NCBI GenBank assembly: GCA_946611795.1
Contig: CAMOEC010000043.1
Coordinates: 60-64,059 of the forward strand
Reading direction: 5' to 3'
DNA: 64,000 nt
Source: an uncultured bacterium
GTDB lineage: Bacteria > Patescibacteriota > Gracilibacteria > Absconditabacterales > Absconditicoccaceae
Below, one piece after another: positions 45,181 through 57,900 of the stretch (within the stretch, counting starts at the first letter, position 1; the number at the start of each line of letters is the position of its first letter). Below the pieces are notes generated by a model. That model had not been told where the DNA came from, did not search any database, and worked only from the letters and a program-made list of their open reading frames with translations. The translations under genes and the position numbers were made by a program.

Positions 45181-48100
45181 TTAATATAATTTGATATATT
45201 AACCATTTGAGAGTAATTATAATGGACCATAAATGATTTATCCCAAAGTCTAGCTCTTACTTGATCATCTTTTTGTAGTGTGTTATTATAGTCTGCGTAT
45301 TGACAAGGACATTGGTTACAAATTGGATTTATAAACGGACAATCTCAGTTAAGACAAAGAACATCAGGTGGAATAATAGGGCAACATGCGTATTCTCAAT
45401 TTGGGTCTCATGCAATATCAGGGCATGGATCTGTATTGTCGAAACATCAGTCACAGTCTCTATCTATTGATTTATTACAAATAGTATCGCATTCTCAATT
45501 GAGACATTCTGGTTTTTCTATTTTACAATCTTTACAAGTAATGTTTTCTGCATTGTTTGCATTAGGGTCACATTCTTCATAAGGTTCAGTAACTATTCCA
45601 TCTCAACATCTTGCTTTATTACAAACTTCTGGCATATCTTTTGCGCAGTTTTCACAATCTTCTCATTCATCAATTTCCCCATTTCAGCAGTTTGGATTCT
45701 TTGGATCAAATCTTTTACAATCAATTGTACAACTATTTTGGAAATCATTATTTATAAGTTTTCAGTTGTTTTCTCATAAATCACATACTTCTCCTAGTGA
45801 AGTTTCAATTTCACGATTTCAACAGTAATGATCTGGGTCAACATTTTTACAATCAGGAGAACATAAAATACCTGTTCAATTATCTGTTCAATTATCATCT
45901 CAATTATCGCAGTCTTCTCAAGGTTCAATTATTCTATTTCAACAAGAACCTGAACATTTCTTTGTATCATTAGGACATGTTAAACAATTTTCGTTGCTAT
46001 CAATTTCCCCATTATTACATGTATCTCAATGGTCAACACATTCATCTAATACGTCTTCAGGACATGATAAACAGTCTTCATCATCTTCTTCTACTCCATT
46101 TCAACATCATTTTACGTCCTTACATTCATAAGTACATATTCAGTCAGTACCATTTGCCCCTGTTCAGTTATCACATTGTTCTCAATCTTCAATTGTTTTG
46201 TTTCCACAATGTCACATACATTTAACTCATAAATCTTCAGGGCAGTTATTACAATTTTCATCATTTTCTATTTTACCATTTCAACAGTTTGGTCTTGTTA
46301 CTTTTTTACAATTTAAACTACATTGTTCGTTTATTCCATTTTGTTCTCAATCATCACATTCTTCTCATTCATCCTCATTTATATATCCGTTTCAACAGAG
46401 TTTGTTCGGATCTATATTTCTACAATCTTTATCACATAAATTATCTGTTCCGTTTTTATCTGATCAATGGTCGCATTCTTCTGCTATTTCAAGTATACCA
46501 TTTCAGCATGATCACCAGCACATACCTACATCAACGGAGCAGTTTCAACAATTTTCATCATTATTAACTACTCAGTCTCAACAGTTTGGAAGCTCTGGTT
46601 TATATAATGTACATAATTTTGTACATTTTTTATCTGTTCAATTATCTTTACCATGATCACATTCTTCTCATTCTTCTTGAGTTCAGTTTCAACAGATATT
46701 TGTTACTTTATTTTTACATTCTGTAGTACATTTTCAGTCTCTTCAATTTTTTGTTCAATTATCACATTGTTCTCGCGGTGTATCTATCTCTCAATTTCAA
46801 CATTTTGTTTGGCATTTATTACCAAGATCAAGAGCACAGTTCATACATGTTTCTCATAAATCAATTACACCATTACCACATGAAGTAGGCCGAAAGATTT
46901 TTGTACATATGTATGAACAAGAGCTTTTTCAGTTATTTTCTCAAGCATCACATTTTTCTCGTTCGGTATTTACTTCTCAATCTCAACAGTATGGTTGATT
47001 TTTATTTACTATTATTTCACATTTTTTAGAACATTTTTTATCTTTACCGTTATGATATCAGTGGTCACATTGTTCTCATTCTTCTAGAATTCCATTTCAG
47101 CAAGATGAGGTACATTTTCCTACATCCTCAGGACAATTTGAACAAGTTTCTGCTTTTTCAATTATTCAATTTCAACATATTGCTTCACATGGTCAATAAT
47201 CTAGAGGACATGTTTTACAGTTTTCTCATTTGTCTTTCTTTCAATTTCAACATTTATCAATTTTTTTACATTCTGAATCACAGTTCTTGTTTCTACCATT
47301 CTGTCTTCAATCATCACATTCTTCATTTCATTCTAATTTTCAGTTTCAACATACATTATCAGTGATACATTTTTCTCATAAATCTTCAGGACATGTTTGG
47401 CAAGTTTCATTTTTTTGAATCTCTCAATCTACACAAGTTCTAACTTTATTACAATCTTTTCAACAGATACTTGTTTTTAATCCATTTCTATTTCATAAAT
47501 CGCATTCTTCTCAGAATTCTTTTTTACCATTTCAACAAACAGGATTAGTGATTTTTCTACAATATTCATCACATGTATCTCAAGTTCAATTATTTGTTCC
47601 TTCATCGCATTGTTCTCATTTTTCCCTAATTTTATTTCAACAAATTGCTGTTGTTTTCTTACAATCAAATCAGCATTTACCATCGAATCAGTTTCTTGTT
47701 CAGTTATCACATTCTTCTCGTGGAGTATTTATTTTTCAGTCTCAGCAAGTATGTAGACATTTTGTTCATAAATCAGCAGGGCAGCTATTACATGTTTCTC
47801 ATAGATCCATAACACCATTTCAACAGTTTGGTTTTAAAGGATCTTTTTTTGTACATGTTAATGTACATATACTTGCAATTGTTCAATTGTTTTCTCAATC
47901 ATCACATTCTTCAGTCCCTTCTGGTGTGTGGTTTCAACATGTTTGGTTTGGATTTACTGTTTTACAATCTGTTCAACATAATCAATCATATCCATTGTTG
48001 TTTGAACCATTATCACATTCTTCTCAAGGTTCTTTAATTCCATTTCAGCATGATCAAGTACATTTTCCTACATCTCTTGTACAAGATTTACAATCTTCAG

Positions 48101-51100
48101 CAGCTTCAATTTTATTATTTCCGCAGTATGCATTACATTTTCAGACGTCTTTTTCGCATGATTTACAATCTTCATCTTCGTCGGCTATTTTATTTCAACA
48201 TCATGTTTCGTCTCAATCATCAATACATCTTTCTTTTAAATCTGCCTCACATGTTTCACAGGTTTCTCATATATCAATTTTCCCATTTGGACACTTATGT
48301 CTTTCAACACAACTTGTTGTACAATTATAATTACTTTTTCAATTTTTATTTTTTCAAAGGTCACATTCTTCATTTCATTCTTTTACTCCATTTCAACATA
48401 CAGGTGTTGGAGAGAGGTTGGTTGTACACCTGATTGAACAATTGTTTTTACTGTTTGTAGTTCAATTATCTCATCAGTCATCACAGTCTTCTCAACTTTC
48501 AATTGTGCCATTTCAACATATAGATTTTGTTGTTTTACATTCAAAAGAACATTTTCAATCATATCAATTATTTGTTCAATTATCACATTGTTCTCATATT
48601 TCTTTAATTCAGTTTCAACATTTTACTATACATTTATCTGCTAAGTCTACAGGGCAGGTTATGCATGTTTCTCAAATATCAACAATTCAATTACCACAAC
48701 TTGGTTTTGAGGCAATGTATTTAGTACACATTAACGTACATTGACTTCAAGGTTTTCAGTTATTTTCTCATTCATCACATTCTTCATAACCTTCATCTTT
48801 TACTCAATCTCAACATTTGTGTTCTGAATCAACTAGTTTACAATCTTCTGAACATATACCATCTAATCAATTTCTTTTTCAGTGATCACATTCTTCTCAA
48901 GGTTCTTTTGCGGCGTTTCAGCATGATCATTTACATTTTTTAACATCTTTAGTACAATTTGTACAATTTTCTGCTGGATCTACAACTCAATCTCAACAGA
49001 AACTTGTACATTTTTTCAAATCTTTTTCACAATTTTTACAAGTTTCTCAGTCTTCAACAATTCAGTTTCAGCATTCTCATGGTTTTTTTCAGTCGGTTAT
49101 ACAAATTTCTCACAAGTCTGCAGGACAGTTATCACATGTTTCTTTACTATCAATTTTATTATTTGGACAAGAATTTTTTTCTTTACAACTGCTTGTACAA
49201 TTGTATTTGTTTTTTCAGTTTCTGTTTTTTCATAAATCACATTGTTCTTCTCCTTCTATTATACCATTTCAGCATATTGGAGTAGGTGAAACAACCTTTG
49301 TACATTTATCGCTACATTTGTTTGGACTTTCTGTAGTTCAATTTAGTGCTCAATCATCACATTTTTCCTTTCATTCTTTTATTCAATTTCAACATATTGC
49401 TGTAGTTTTAGTACATTCGAAAGAACATTTTCAATCATATCAATTGTATGCTCAGTTATCACATTGTTCTCACACTCAAACTTTTCAGTCTCAACATTTA
49501 ATAGAACATTTTTCTCCTAAATCAACAGGGCAGGTTATGCATGTTTCTCATGGATCAGCAACGCCATTTCAACAGTTAGGGATTATTGGATTATATGTTG
49601 TACACATTTTTGTACAGGCACTTCCTTTTATTCAGTTCTTTATTCATAAATCACATTCTTCGTATTCTTTTACTCGGTTTCAATCTCAACAATAATTATT
49701 TGAATCGACAAGTTTACAATCATCAGAACATATACCATCTCATCAATTTAATGCACCATTATCACATTCTTCTCAAGGTTCTTTAATTCAGTTACCACAT
49801 GAACTAGTACAAATTCAGACATCCTTTGGACAGCTACTGCAGTCTTCAGCTTCTTCTACAATTCAGTTTCAGCAAAATCAAGAACATTTTCAGACGTCAT
49901 CTGAACAGTTGCTACAATTTTCTCATGGTTCAATAATTCTATTTCAACATTCTCATGGTTTTTCTCAATCGTTTATACAAATCTCTTTTAAGTCTTCAGA
50001 ACAATTATTACATTTTTCTTTATCATCTATTCCGCGGTTTGGACATGTATTTTTTTCTTTACAATCTGTTGTACAATTGTAGTTGTTTTTTCAGTTTTTG
50101 TTTGTTCATAGATCGCATTGTTCTTCTCATTCAATAGTACCATTTCAACATGTTGTTTTTGTAGAAATTTTAGTTGTACATCGTTTTGTACAATTACTAT
50201 TTGTACTTCAGTTTGCATTTCATTCATCACATTCTTCTCATGGTTCTTTTGTATTATTTCAGCATTTTGATGTTGTTATTTTACATTCGAAAGAACATTT
50301 TCAATCATATCAATTATTGGTTCAATTATCACATTGTTCTCATGTTTCTTTTATTCAGTTTCAACAAGATGCAGAGCATCTTTCTCATAAATCAATAGGA
50401 CATGTAGCACAAGTTTCTCATGAATCTATTACTCAGTTTCAACAATTTGGATTTCATGAATCATATGTTGTACATTTTAATGTACATAAGCTTGAAAGTT
50501 TTCAGTTATTGGCTCATTTATCACATTGTTCATATTCATCTTGTTTTCAGTCTCAACATTTGTGGTTCTTATCAACTATTTTACAATATTTAGAACATTT
50601 ACCATCTTGTCAGTTTAATTTTCAATTATCACATTCTTCTCAAGGTTCCTTAGTTCAATTACCACATGAACTAGTACAACTTCCTATATCAGTAGGACAG
50701 TTGCTACAGTTTTCACCTGGATCAACTTTCTTATTTCAACAATTTTTTGTTGCATTTTTACATTCTATAGTACAATTATTATTTTCTCAGTTTTGTTCTC
50801 AATTGTCACAGTCTTCTCAAACTTCTTTAATTCAGTTTCAACAACTAGTAGTACATTTTTCTCCTAAATCAACAGGACATGTTATACATGTTTCACCTGG
50901 ATCAATAACTCAGTTTCAGCAATTAGGTTTTATTGGATTGTATCTTGTACACATTTTTGTACATTGGCTACTAATTTTTCCATTATTGCTTCATTTATCA
51001 CATTGTTCAAATTCATCTTGTTTTCAGTCTCAACATTTATGATTTTTATCAACTATTTCACAGTATTTAGAACATTTACCATCTTGTCAGTTTAATTTTC

Positions 51101-54100
51101 AACTATCACATTGTTCTCAAGGTTCTTTAGTTCAGTTACCACATGAACTGGTACAGATTCAAATATCTTTTGGACAATTACTACAATTTTCTGCTTCTTC
51201 AACAATTCCATTTCAGCAAAAACTTGTACAATCTCAAACATCTTGAGGACAGTTAATACAGTTTTCTCATTTTTCTATTTTATCATTTCAACAAGATGTA
51301 AGTCAGTCGTCTAAACAAATGTCGTTTAAATCAACAGGGCAGGTAAGACAGGTTTCTCATTCATCATATTCTCCATTTCAACAATTAGGATTTTTGTAAT
51401 CGAATATTTTACATGCAATTGTACATTCTTTATCTTTTCAGTTATTATTTCAGTGATCACATTGTTCTCAAGCATCTATACTTCAGTTTCAACACAAACT
51501 AGGACATGTTTTCATATCTTGAGGACAGTTTTTGCAGGTTTCTGCAGGTTCTTGTATTCAGTTTCAACAAAAAGCAGTACATGTTCCAACATCTTCTTTA
51601 CATGTTTTACAATTTTCTCATAGGTCAATTATATTATTTCAACATTCTCAGTTTCATTCACATATGTCTCATATTCCGTTTAAGTTAAGATCAGCTTGAT
51701 CTGAATTAGGGCGGAAAGGACAATTATCAATACTACATATTCAGAAGTGTTTATCATATATTTTTTGGTCTACATTTTCTCAAACAACTAGTTTACAATC
51801 TGCTCTTTCTTTTGTAACGAGTCACAATAAATTAGGTATTCAGTCTCAGTCAATGTCGCTATCATATATATCAGGAATTCAATCTTTATCTAAATCGCAT
51901 TTTAATCATGAAAATAAAGCATCAACATTTTTAATATTTAATTGTGTTTGGTCTTTTAATCAGAAAGTTATTATTCCATTGTTTTCGAGTGTTAGGCTTC
52001 AATGTCTTAGTTTTACACTAACTTTTACAACTCATTGTTTGTTCGCTAATTCTAAAAATGAACTATTTTCTTTAGGTTTATCTAATGTTAATTGTTGTTG
52101 TGAATTAATTGTAGCACTTAGTATATCTCAATCTTTGATTGATAATCATTTGTTGTTAAATAGTAATCTAACTGAATTTTTTGTGAACGCAGGAATAACA
52201 TTATAGGTTTGATTTCAAATTATATTTGGATCTTGAATATTTAGAGTTGAGGTTGCAAACAGATATTCTCAATTACTTAAGTCTAATCTAATTGTAACAA
52301 TTTTTCTTCATTCTGTTTGAAAGGTATGTTTATTCGATAGTTTTGGGTCCATAAAACTTGTTCAATCTCAGAAATTCCATGAAATATTTTCGATTGTTGG
52401 TAGCGCTATATTTAAAGGAACTATTGAAGTTGTGACGCTTGAGTTAATTTGTTTTAAGAGAGGAGTGAACACGTTTGTAAATGTATAAAATTTTCAGTTT
52501 TCTTCACGAACATCTGTTGATGCTGTTGCAACAAGCATATCGTTTGCATATCCTTTTAGTGTTATATTATTTCTTACTCATGCTTTTAATGTCGTTGTGA
52601 ATTTTACTCAAGATTTTAAATGCTTTTTTTCTCAGGTTGCTTTATTTTCTCGTTCTAAATAGTCGTAATTTCATTGTGTTGCTGCTTCAAATGTAGCAGT
52701 ATCTTTATTAATTGTAGCTCTTTCTATGCTTAAGTTATAGGTTCTATCTGCTGTTTGACCAATATATATTTGGGCAGTTAATATGTGTTTTCTGTTTTGT
52801 TTTGTTGTAATTTTTGCTGTAATTGTATATAGACCCTGTCAATTGAAATTGTGAGATATTGTTTTTCAATTTCATTTTCCTAAGTCTCCAAAATCCCATT
52901 CGACATTTGTTGGTTCTTCTGGTCATGATATGCTAAATTGTACATTTGATGATGCTGTTTGACTAATTGCATCTACTTTAATAAAATATGCAGTATCTTC
53001 TGTTTGATTTCAAAATGGCGTTTTATCAGTTGAACGATATTTTTTTAGTAATCAATAATTTATTGTTCAGTTATCATCAACAAATCATATTGGGTTTTTA
53101 TCTCAATCTCAATCGATATCATCATCACAAACATCTCAAATATCATCACCATCAAAATCGTTTTGTGATGGATTATATGTTTGAGGACAGTTATCGTTAT
53201 GGTTTAATATTCAGTCACAGTCATAATCATTATCGAATTCACATCTAATATGGTTGTCATATGTGATTCGCATTTTTTCAACAGCATCGGCTGGCGTAAT
53301 TGCACTATTAAGAGCATATACATCTTCAGTTGTTATTATTCATGCTCTGATTAGGATATTTGTTTCTGCTATTGGCCAATTACCAGCTGACAGTTCGTTA
53401 AATGTTTGAAATCAACATTCTCATGGATTGAAGGTACAGTAAGCAAGGTATGTTGTGAATTCCAGTCTAGATGTTATTTGCTCAGCATTATCTTTTTCCT
53501 CTTTTGTTTTTATTAATGCTATTTGTGCAGTGTTTAAATATTTGTATCATGGATCTGTTGTTTTTAGTTTTCTATACCATTTTTTTATTTCTCATCGTTG
53601 AGCAGAGTAGTTAAACATATTCCTGTCAATGAGAAAGTTACTTAATGTTTGAAAAAATTCAGCTTTTGTTACATTCCGTTGTCAACAAAACTTTCATCAA
53701 CAGATTGATGTTCCTCTTGGGTATCAGTTCATTATATCGTTGCTTCATATATTCGCAACACAGTAGTAGTAATTTGTTCAATTATAATTTCATCATAAGT
53801 AATCTATATCTTCAAAATATTTTCATGGTAATTGTTGGAATACACTCCAAGATTCTTCATTATATCTTGAAGTCATTGTTTCATCAGGCATGATACAGTC
53901 CTGACATTCAATAGCGTTTAAAAGTCTAGTAAAATCATAACGGGTAAGTGTATTTCCTAATAATATATTTGAAATTGGTATATCTAATTGAATAATTTTT
54001 TGATAGAAACTTGAATTTTTGAAATCGTCGCTGGTTTGGGCCGTTGAAATGGCTCACAGAAGGAGAATTCAGAGCACGGGTATTAATAATAAAATTTTGT

Positions 54101-54113
54101 TTCGTTTTTTCAT
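45177..54113 (-). CDS. giant secreted cysteine-rich repeat protein, 2978 aa (SLH-like N-terminal segments, TSP3-like, PKD-like, then many CGNG...GE.CD repeats)
   Basis: ATG at 54111-54113, with upstream in-frame TAA at 54117-54119. My frame scan down to TAA at 45177-45179 found no TAA/TAG. N-terminus: MKKRNKILLLIPVLGILLLGAISTAQT. Calcium-binding-like DNCPQTYNPSQNDFDGDDIGDVCDDDIDGDGDKN and DKDGIPDIYDSDIDGDGIPN. PKD-like VEWDFGDLGKGNGKTISHNFNGQGLYTITAKI. Recurring units then follow, e.g. CGNGIQEPAETCKNCPQD, CGNGSIDAGEQCDHG, CGNGEYDEGETCLTCP, CGDGIVTEPYEECDP (myxococcal cysteine-rich repeat / DUF4215-like). Confidence 0.8.
48537..51170 (-). repeat. long-period, in-frame, near-identical internal duplications within the Cys-rich giant ORF
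   Basis: acattc[a/g]aaagaacattttcaatcatatcaatt recurs at 48537, 49413 and 50283, about 870 nt apart. A segment of about 170 nt starting ttatcacattgttca[t/a]attcatcttgttttcagtctcaacattt recurs at 50518 and 50995, offset 477 nt (159 codons), with only a few mismatches. Confidence 0.85.
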
Positions 54114-54232
54114 ATTTTAGAAGGTCTTTAAATAAACTTTCTTCATATTGTTTTCTAATGGTTTTTTATAGTGAAATGCTTTAATTTTAAAAACAATTTT
54201 ATTAATTTTCCCCTTGCTTTTTTTCGAAAATA

Positions 54233-54640
54233 TTATTGAGTATTTTTTCATCGCTTATCTGTGAAATATTCTTTCCATTCATCTCGTGGTGTAATATCTT
54301 TTTTCTCTTCATCTTGATTTATTTCTACTTCTTGTTTTATTCATCTGAAATCAATTACAGTTTCTCAGTCTTTTAGAATGTTATTTTCATGCGATAAGAA
54401 ATTTTTTGCATGACTTGAGTCAAGATATTTAAGTTGATAATTATTAATATAGTCTATTTCTTCTTGAACTTTTCAGTTTTGTTTTTTTATGGTTTCTGTA
54501 TTTTCTATTATTGTAACATAGTTCATATAGATTTGAATTGCCATTAGCATGAATATAATCATGGCTATGAATAATCATCGTTTTAAGATACTATCATGTT
54601 CTTTTAAAAATGTTTTTATTTCATCTTTTATGTTGTTCAT
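54233..54640 (-). CDS. FtsB/DivIC-like septum formation initiator (135 aa)
   Basis: MNNIKDEIKTFLKEHDSILKRGLFIAMIIFMLMAIQIYMNYV (single TM), followed by a coiled-coil-like ENTETIKKQNGKVQEEIDYINNYQLKYL. The assignment rests on architecture only. Confidence 0.4.
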
Positions 54641-54748
54641 ATGTTTTTAATAAATTGCTTGATAAAATTTTCAAACTAATTATAACGTTCATACTATGAT
54701 TTTTTGCTAATAAAAAGCAAGTGAGTTTTTAATTCATTTTATTTTTAG

Positions 54749-56596
54749 ATGGGTATCCATAAGTTACCAGATTTTGTTATCAATAGGTTGAAGGCATGAG
54801 AGATTGTTCAAAGGCCATCTTCTTTATTGAAAGAATTAGTAGAAAATTCGTTGGATGCTTGATCTACTAAAATAGAGGTTGATATTGTAGATTGATGAAA
54901 AACAATGCTCTCTGTTCAGGATAACTGATCGGGTATTGAATTGTCAGATATGGATTTATTGCTTGAAAGGTATGCTACTTCAAAAATAGATTCTGAAAAG
55001 GATCTTTATTCTTTAGAATCTTATTGATTTCGTTGAGAAGCATTAGCAAGTATCGCAGAAGTTAGTAAAATTACCGTGTTAACAAAAACAAAATATGCAG
55101 AAATTTGAACAAAATTAGTTAGAAGATGAAATGAAAATGTTATAAGGCATACTTGAGTTCCTTTTGATCATTGAACTTTAATTACAGTAGAAGAATTATT
55201 TTATAATGTTCCTGCAAGATTAAAATTTTTAAAATCATCTCAAACAGAATTCTATTATTGTTATAATTATTTTGTAGATGTTGCATTATATCATTTTGAT
55301 AAAGCTTTTGTTTTAAAGAAGAATAATAAGGTTGTATTTGATTTAAAACCTGTGCATGATCTTCATCAGAGAATATTAGATATCTACAAGAAAGATTGGT
55401 GAAATAAGATTATTCCATTTGTAAATAAGTGAGAAAATTTTTCTATTTCTTGAGTTCTTTCTGATGCTTCTTTACGTTTTTGATCTGCTGAAAATATAAA
55501 AATTTTCGTTAATTGACGTCCAGTGCAAGATAGAATAATTAGAAGGGCTTTATTGGATTCATATACAAGACAGTTGGCTCCTGGTGAATATCCAATGGCT
55601 ATTATAATGTTTGAGGTTAATCCTTCTTTTGTTGATGTTAATGTCCATCCTTGAAAATTAGAAGTAAAGTTTTCTGATTCTCAGCAAGTTTATCAATTTG
55701 TTCATGATAGTATTTATTCTACGTTATCTGAACATAAAATTTGAGCTGTAGGTTCAGAGTTCTTTAATAATCAGCAAAATACTTCAATTAATAGAAATTG
55801 ATATACTTTTTGAAAAGTTCCTAATTATAATCCATCAAGTAATTTACCTTCAACTAGTTCTTCTAAGCTTGATTTTTCTAATGTAGTTGATTCTGTCTCT
55901 TTGTGATGATTATCAAATGATTATCCTTGAAAAGTTGCTCAGCAATGATTAATAGGACTTGATTCAGTTTGATGACAGGTGAGTCATTTTTGATCTTTTG
56001 ATCAAGTTGATAAGAGTTGAGAATTCCTTTTCCATCCTGATTTATGAGAGTATCAAATCTTATGACAAGCATGGAATAGTTATATTGTTTTACAATCAGA
56101 TACTGCACTTTATTGGATAGACCAGCATGCATTAGCAGAGAGGATTGCTTTTGAAAAAATGAAATTATCTCAAGATCATTCTCCAGAAGCTTTGTTGCAA
56201 CCGTTGAAGTTTGAAATTACACAAGTTCCTAATTTGGAAGAAAAAATAGAGGAGTTGAATTGACTTTGATTTGAAATATCAATGTTATCTGATTCTGTTG
56301 TAGTTATTTATTCTATCCCAAAAGTATTTGTTCAATATCCTATTGATATGCAGTCTTTATTGAACCATGTCCTTTATTTGGAGAAAATTACTTTTGATCA
56401 TCTTTTGGATTGAATTTATGCTACAAAGGCTTGTAAGTCTTCAATTAAGGCGTGATATAAGTTATCTTATTCTCAGATGCAACAATTAATTCAAGATTGA
56501 TTTGAACATATTCCATGAATGTTCGTTTGTCAACATTGAAGACCTTTCTTTGTTAAGATGAATAAAGATGATGTTGATAAATTATTTGATAGATAG
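54749..56596 (+). CDS. mutL: DNA mismatch repair protein MutL
   Basis: [70 protein letters not shown], and a C-terminal dimerisation region. 616 codons, TAG at 56594-56596. Confidence 0.92.
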
Positions 56597-56617
56597 TTTT
56601 TAGAATATATAAATATT

Positions 56618-57007
56618 ATGTTAATTAGTTCTCCTGAGCAAATGCATGAGTTTTGAAAGTCTTTAGCTTTAAAGAATAAAGTTTTGTTATTAAAATGAGA
56701 CTTGTGAGCAGGAAAGACAACTTTGATTAAATGATTCGCTGAATGACTTTGAATTGACCCTGAAAAGGTGCAAAGTCCTACGTATGCATATGTGAATATC
56801 TATGATGATAAATTATTACATATAGACATGTATAGACTCACAACTTTTGATGAATTGATAGAAAAAGGAATCCTGAACCAGATTTCCGATTTTGACAATG
56901 TTGTCATTGAGTGGCCAAAATGGGAAGATAAACTTGATTTAGAGACTCCTTTGGTTGTTAGAATTGATAAAGTATCTGCGTCAGAAAGAGATGTTGTTAT
57001 TTGATAG
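56618..57007 (+). CDS. tsaE: tRNA threonylcarbamoyladenosine biosynthesis protein TsaE
   Basis: LLLKGDLGAGKTTLIKGF (P-loop with TGA-encoded Gly), VQSPTYAYVNIY, LLHIDMYRL. Track ORF 56768-57004 is in the same frame. Real stop TAG at 57005-57007. Confidence 0.88.
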
Positions 57008-57293
57008 ATCCTTTTTTATCCTTAGTTTCTCTTTTTGAATAAACTTTTATAAGTATTATCATTGTTATAGAACATATTAATGAAATACTATTGAAAAGTT
57101 GCATTTGTCGTGAGTTTAAGTAGGTTCAATAAATAATCCAACAAACTCATCATATTCCTAATATTCGGAACATTCATGTAGATAATCATTTAACATTTTT
57201 TGTTTTTATTGTTTGTATAATTTGCGGAATTGATGGAATTGCTGCAGACATTCATGCAATTACTCAAATTATTTCGTAAATAATATCAGGCAT
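56997..57293 (-). CDS. SemiSWEET / PQ-loop sugar transporter (98 aa)
   Basis: MPDIIYEIIGVIAGMSAAIPSIPQIIQTIKTKNVKGLSTGMFRILGIGGVCWIIYG... has three TM helices and the PQ motif. TAA at 56997-56999 overlaps the 3' end of tsaE by 11 nt. Confidence 0.7.
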
Positions 57294-57323
57294 CTTTCAT
57301 AAATATTAATTATAAAATAGTGA

Positions 57324-57800
57324 TTAGTATTCAATTTTATCGTTTTTTTCTTTCCATTCATTGAATACTTTTATTGCTTCTTTTTTATCAATTGTATAGA
57401 TCGGAAGACTTCTTTCTTCAAGTTCTTTTTTTAATTCTTGGTAAATATAGTCATCATCGAATCATATATCTGCTGCATCTTTTCTTGTATTAGCAAAGTA
57501 TATTGCTTTAGGTCTTGCTCGATATATTGCTCATAAACACATTGGGCAAGGTTCACATGAAGTGTAGATAATACAATCGTCTAATTGGAATGTTCATAAA
57601 TTTTTACATGCATCTCTAATTGCAACAATTTCAGCATGTGCTGTTGGATCATTGTCAGATGTAACGTGATTTGCTCATCTTCAAATAATTTCTCAGTCTT
57701 TAACAATTACAGCTCAAAATGGTCATCCTTTTCAAGCTCTCATGTTTTCAAGAGATAGCTTAACTGCTTCTTTCATGAAGTATTCGTGATTTTTTTTCAT
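57324..57800 (-). CDS. CMP/dCMP-type zinc deaminase, guanine deaminase (GuaD)-like
   Basis: SDNDPTAHAEIVAIRDACKNLGTFQLDDCIIYTSCEPCPMCLGAIYRARPKAIYFA...GFDDDYIYQEL closely resembles B. subtilis GuaD (from memory). HAE and PCxxC zinc ligands are present. 159 codons. Confidence 0.8.
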
Positions 57801-57849
57801 AGTTTTTATTTATATGTAAAAGTTTTATTTATTATAATAATATTTTTTT

Positions 57850-57883
57850 AAAAAACAAAAAAACAGCTAACCAAGTTAGCTGT
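57850..57883 (-). terminator. rho-independent terminator after groEL
   Basis: The minus strand reads acagctaac-ttg-gttagctgt followed by ttttttgtttttt. Confidence 0.8.
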
Positions 57884-57900
57884 TTAAGTATATCCTTTTT

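Noticed and set aside
45977-51688. Long plus-strand ORFs in the track (e.g. 47548-48330 at 260 aa, 50083-51042 at 319 aa, 49201-49695), rich in S/H/F/Q and repetitive.
   Set aside because: They are antisense shadows of the minus-strand Cys-rich repeat ORF. On the minus strand the same DNA gives recognisable CGNG...GE.CD, TSP3-like and PKD-like motifs and one continuous frame. The plus-strand products are low-complexity and interrupted.
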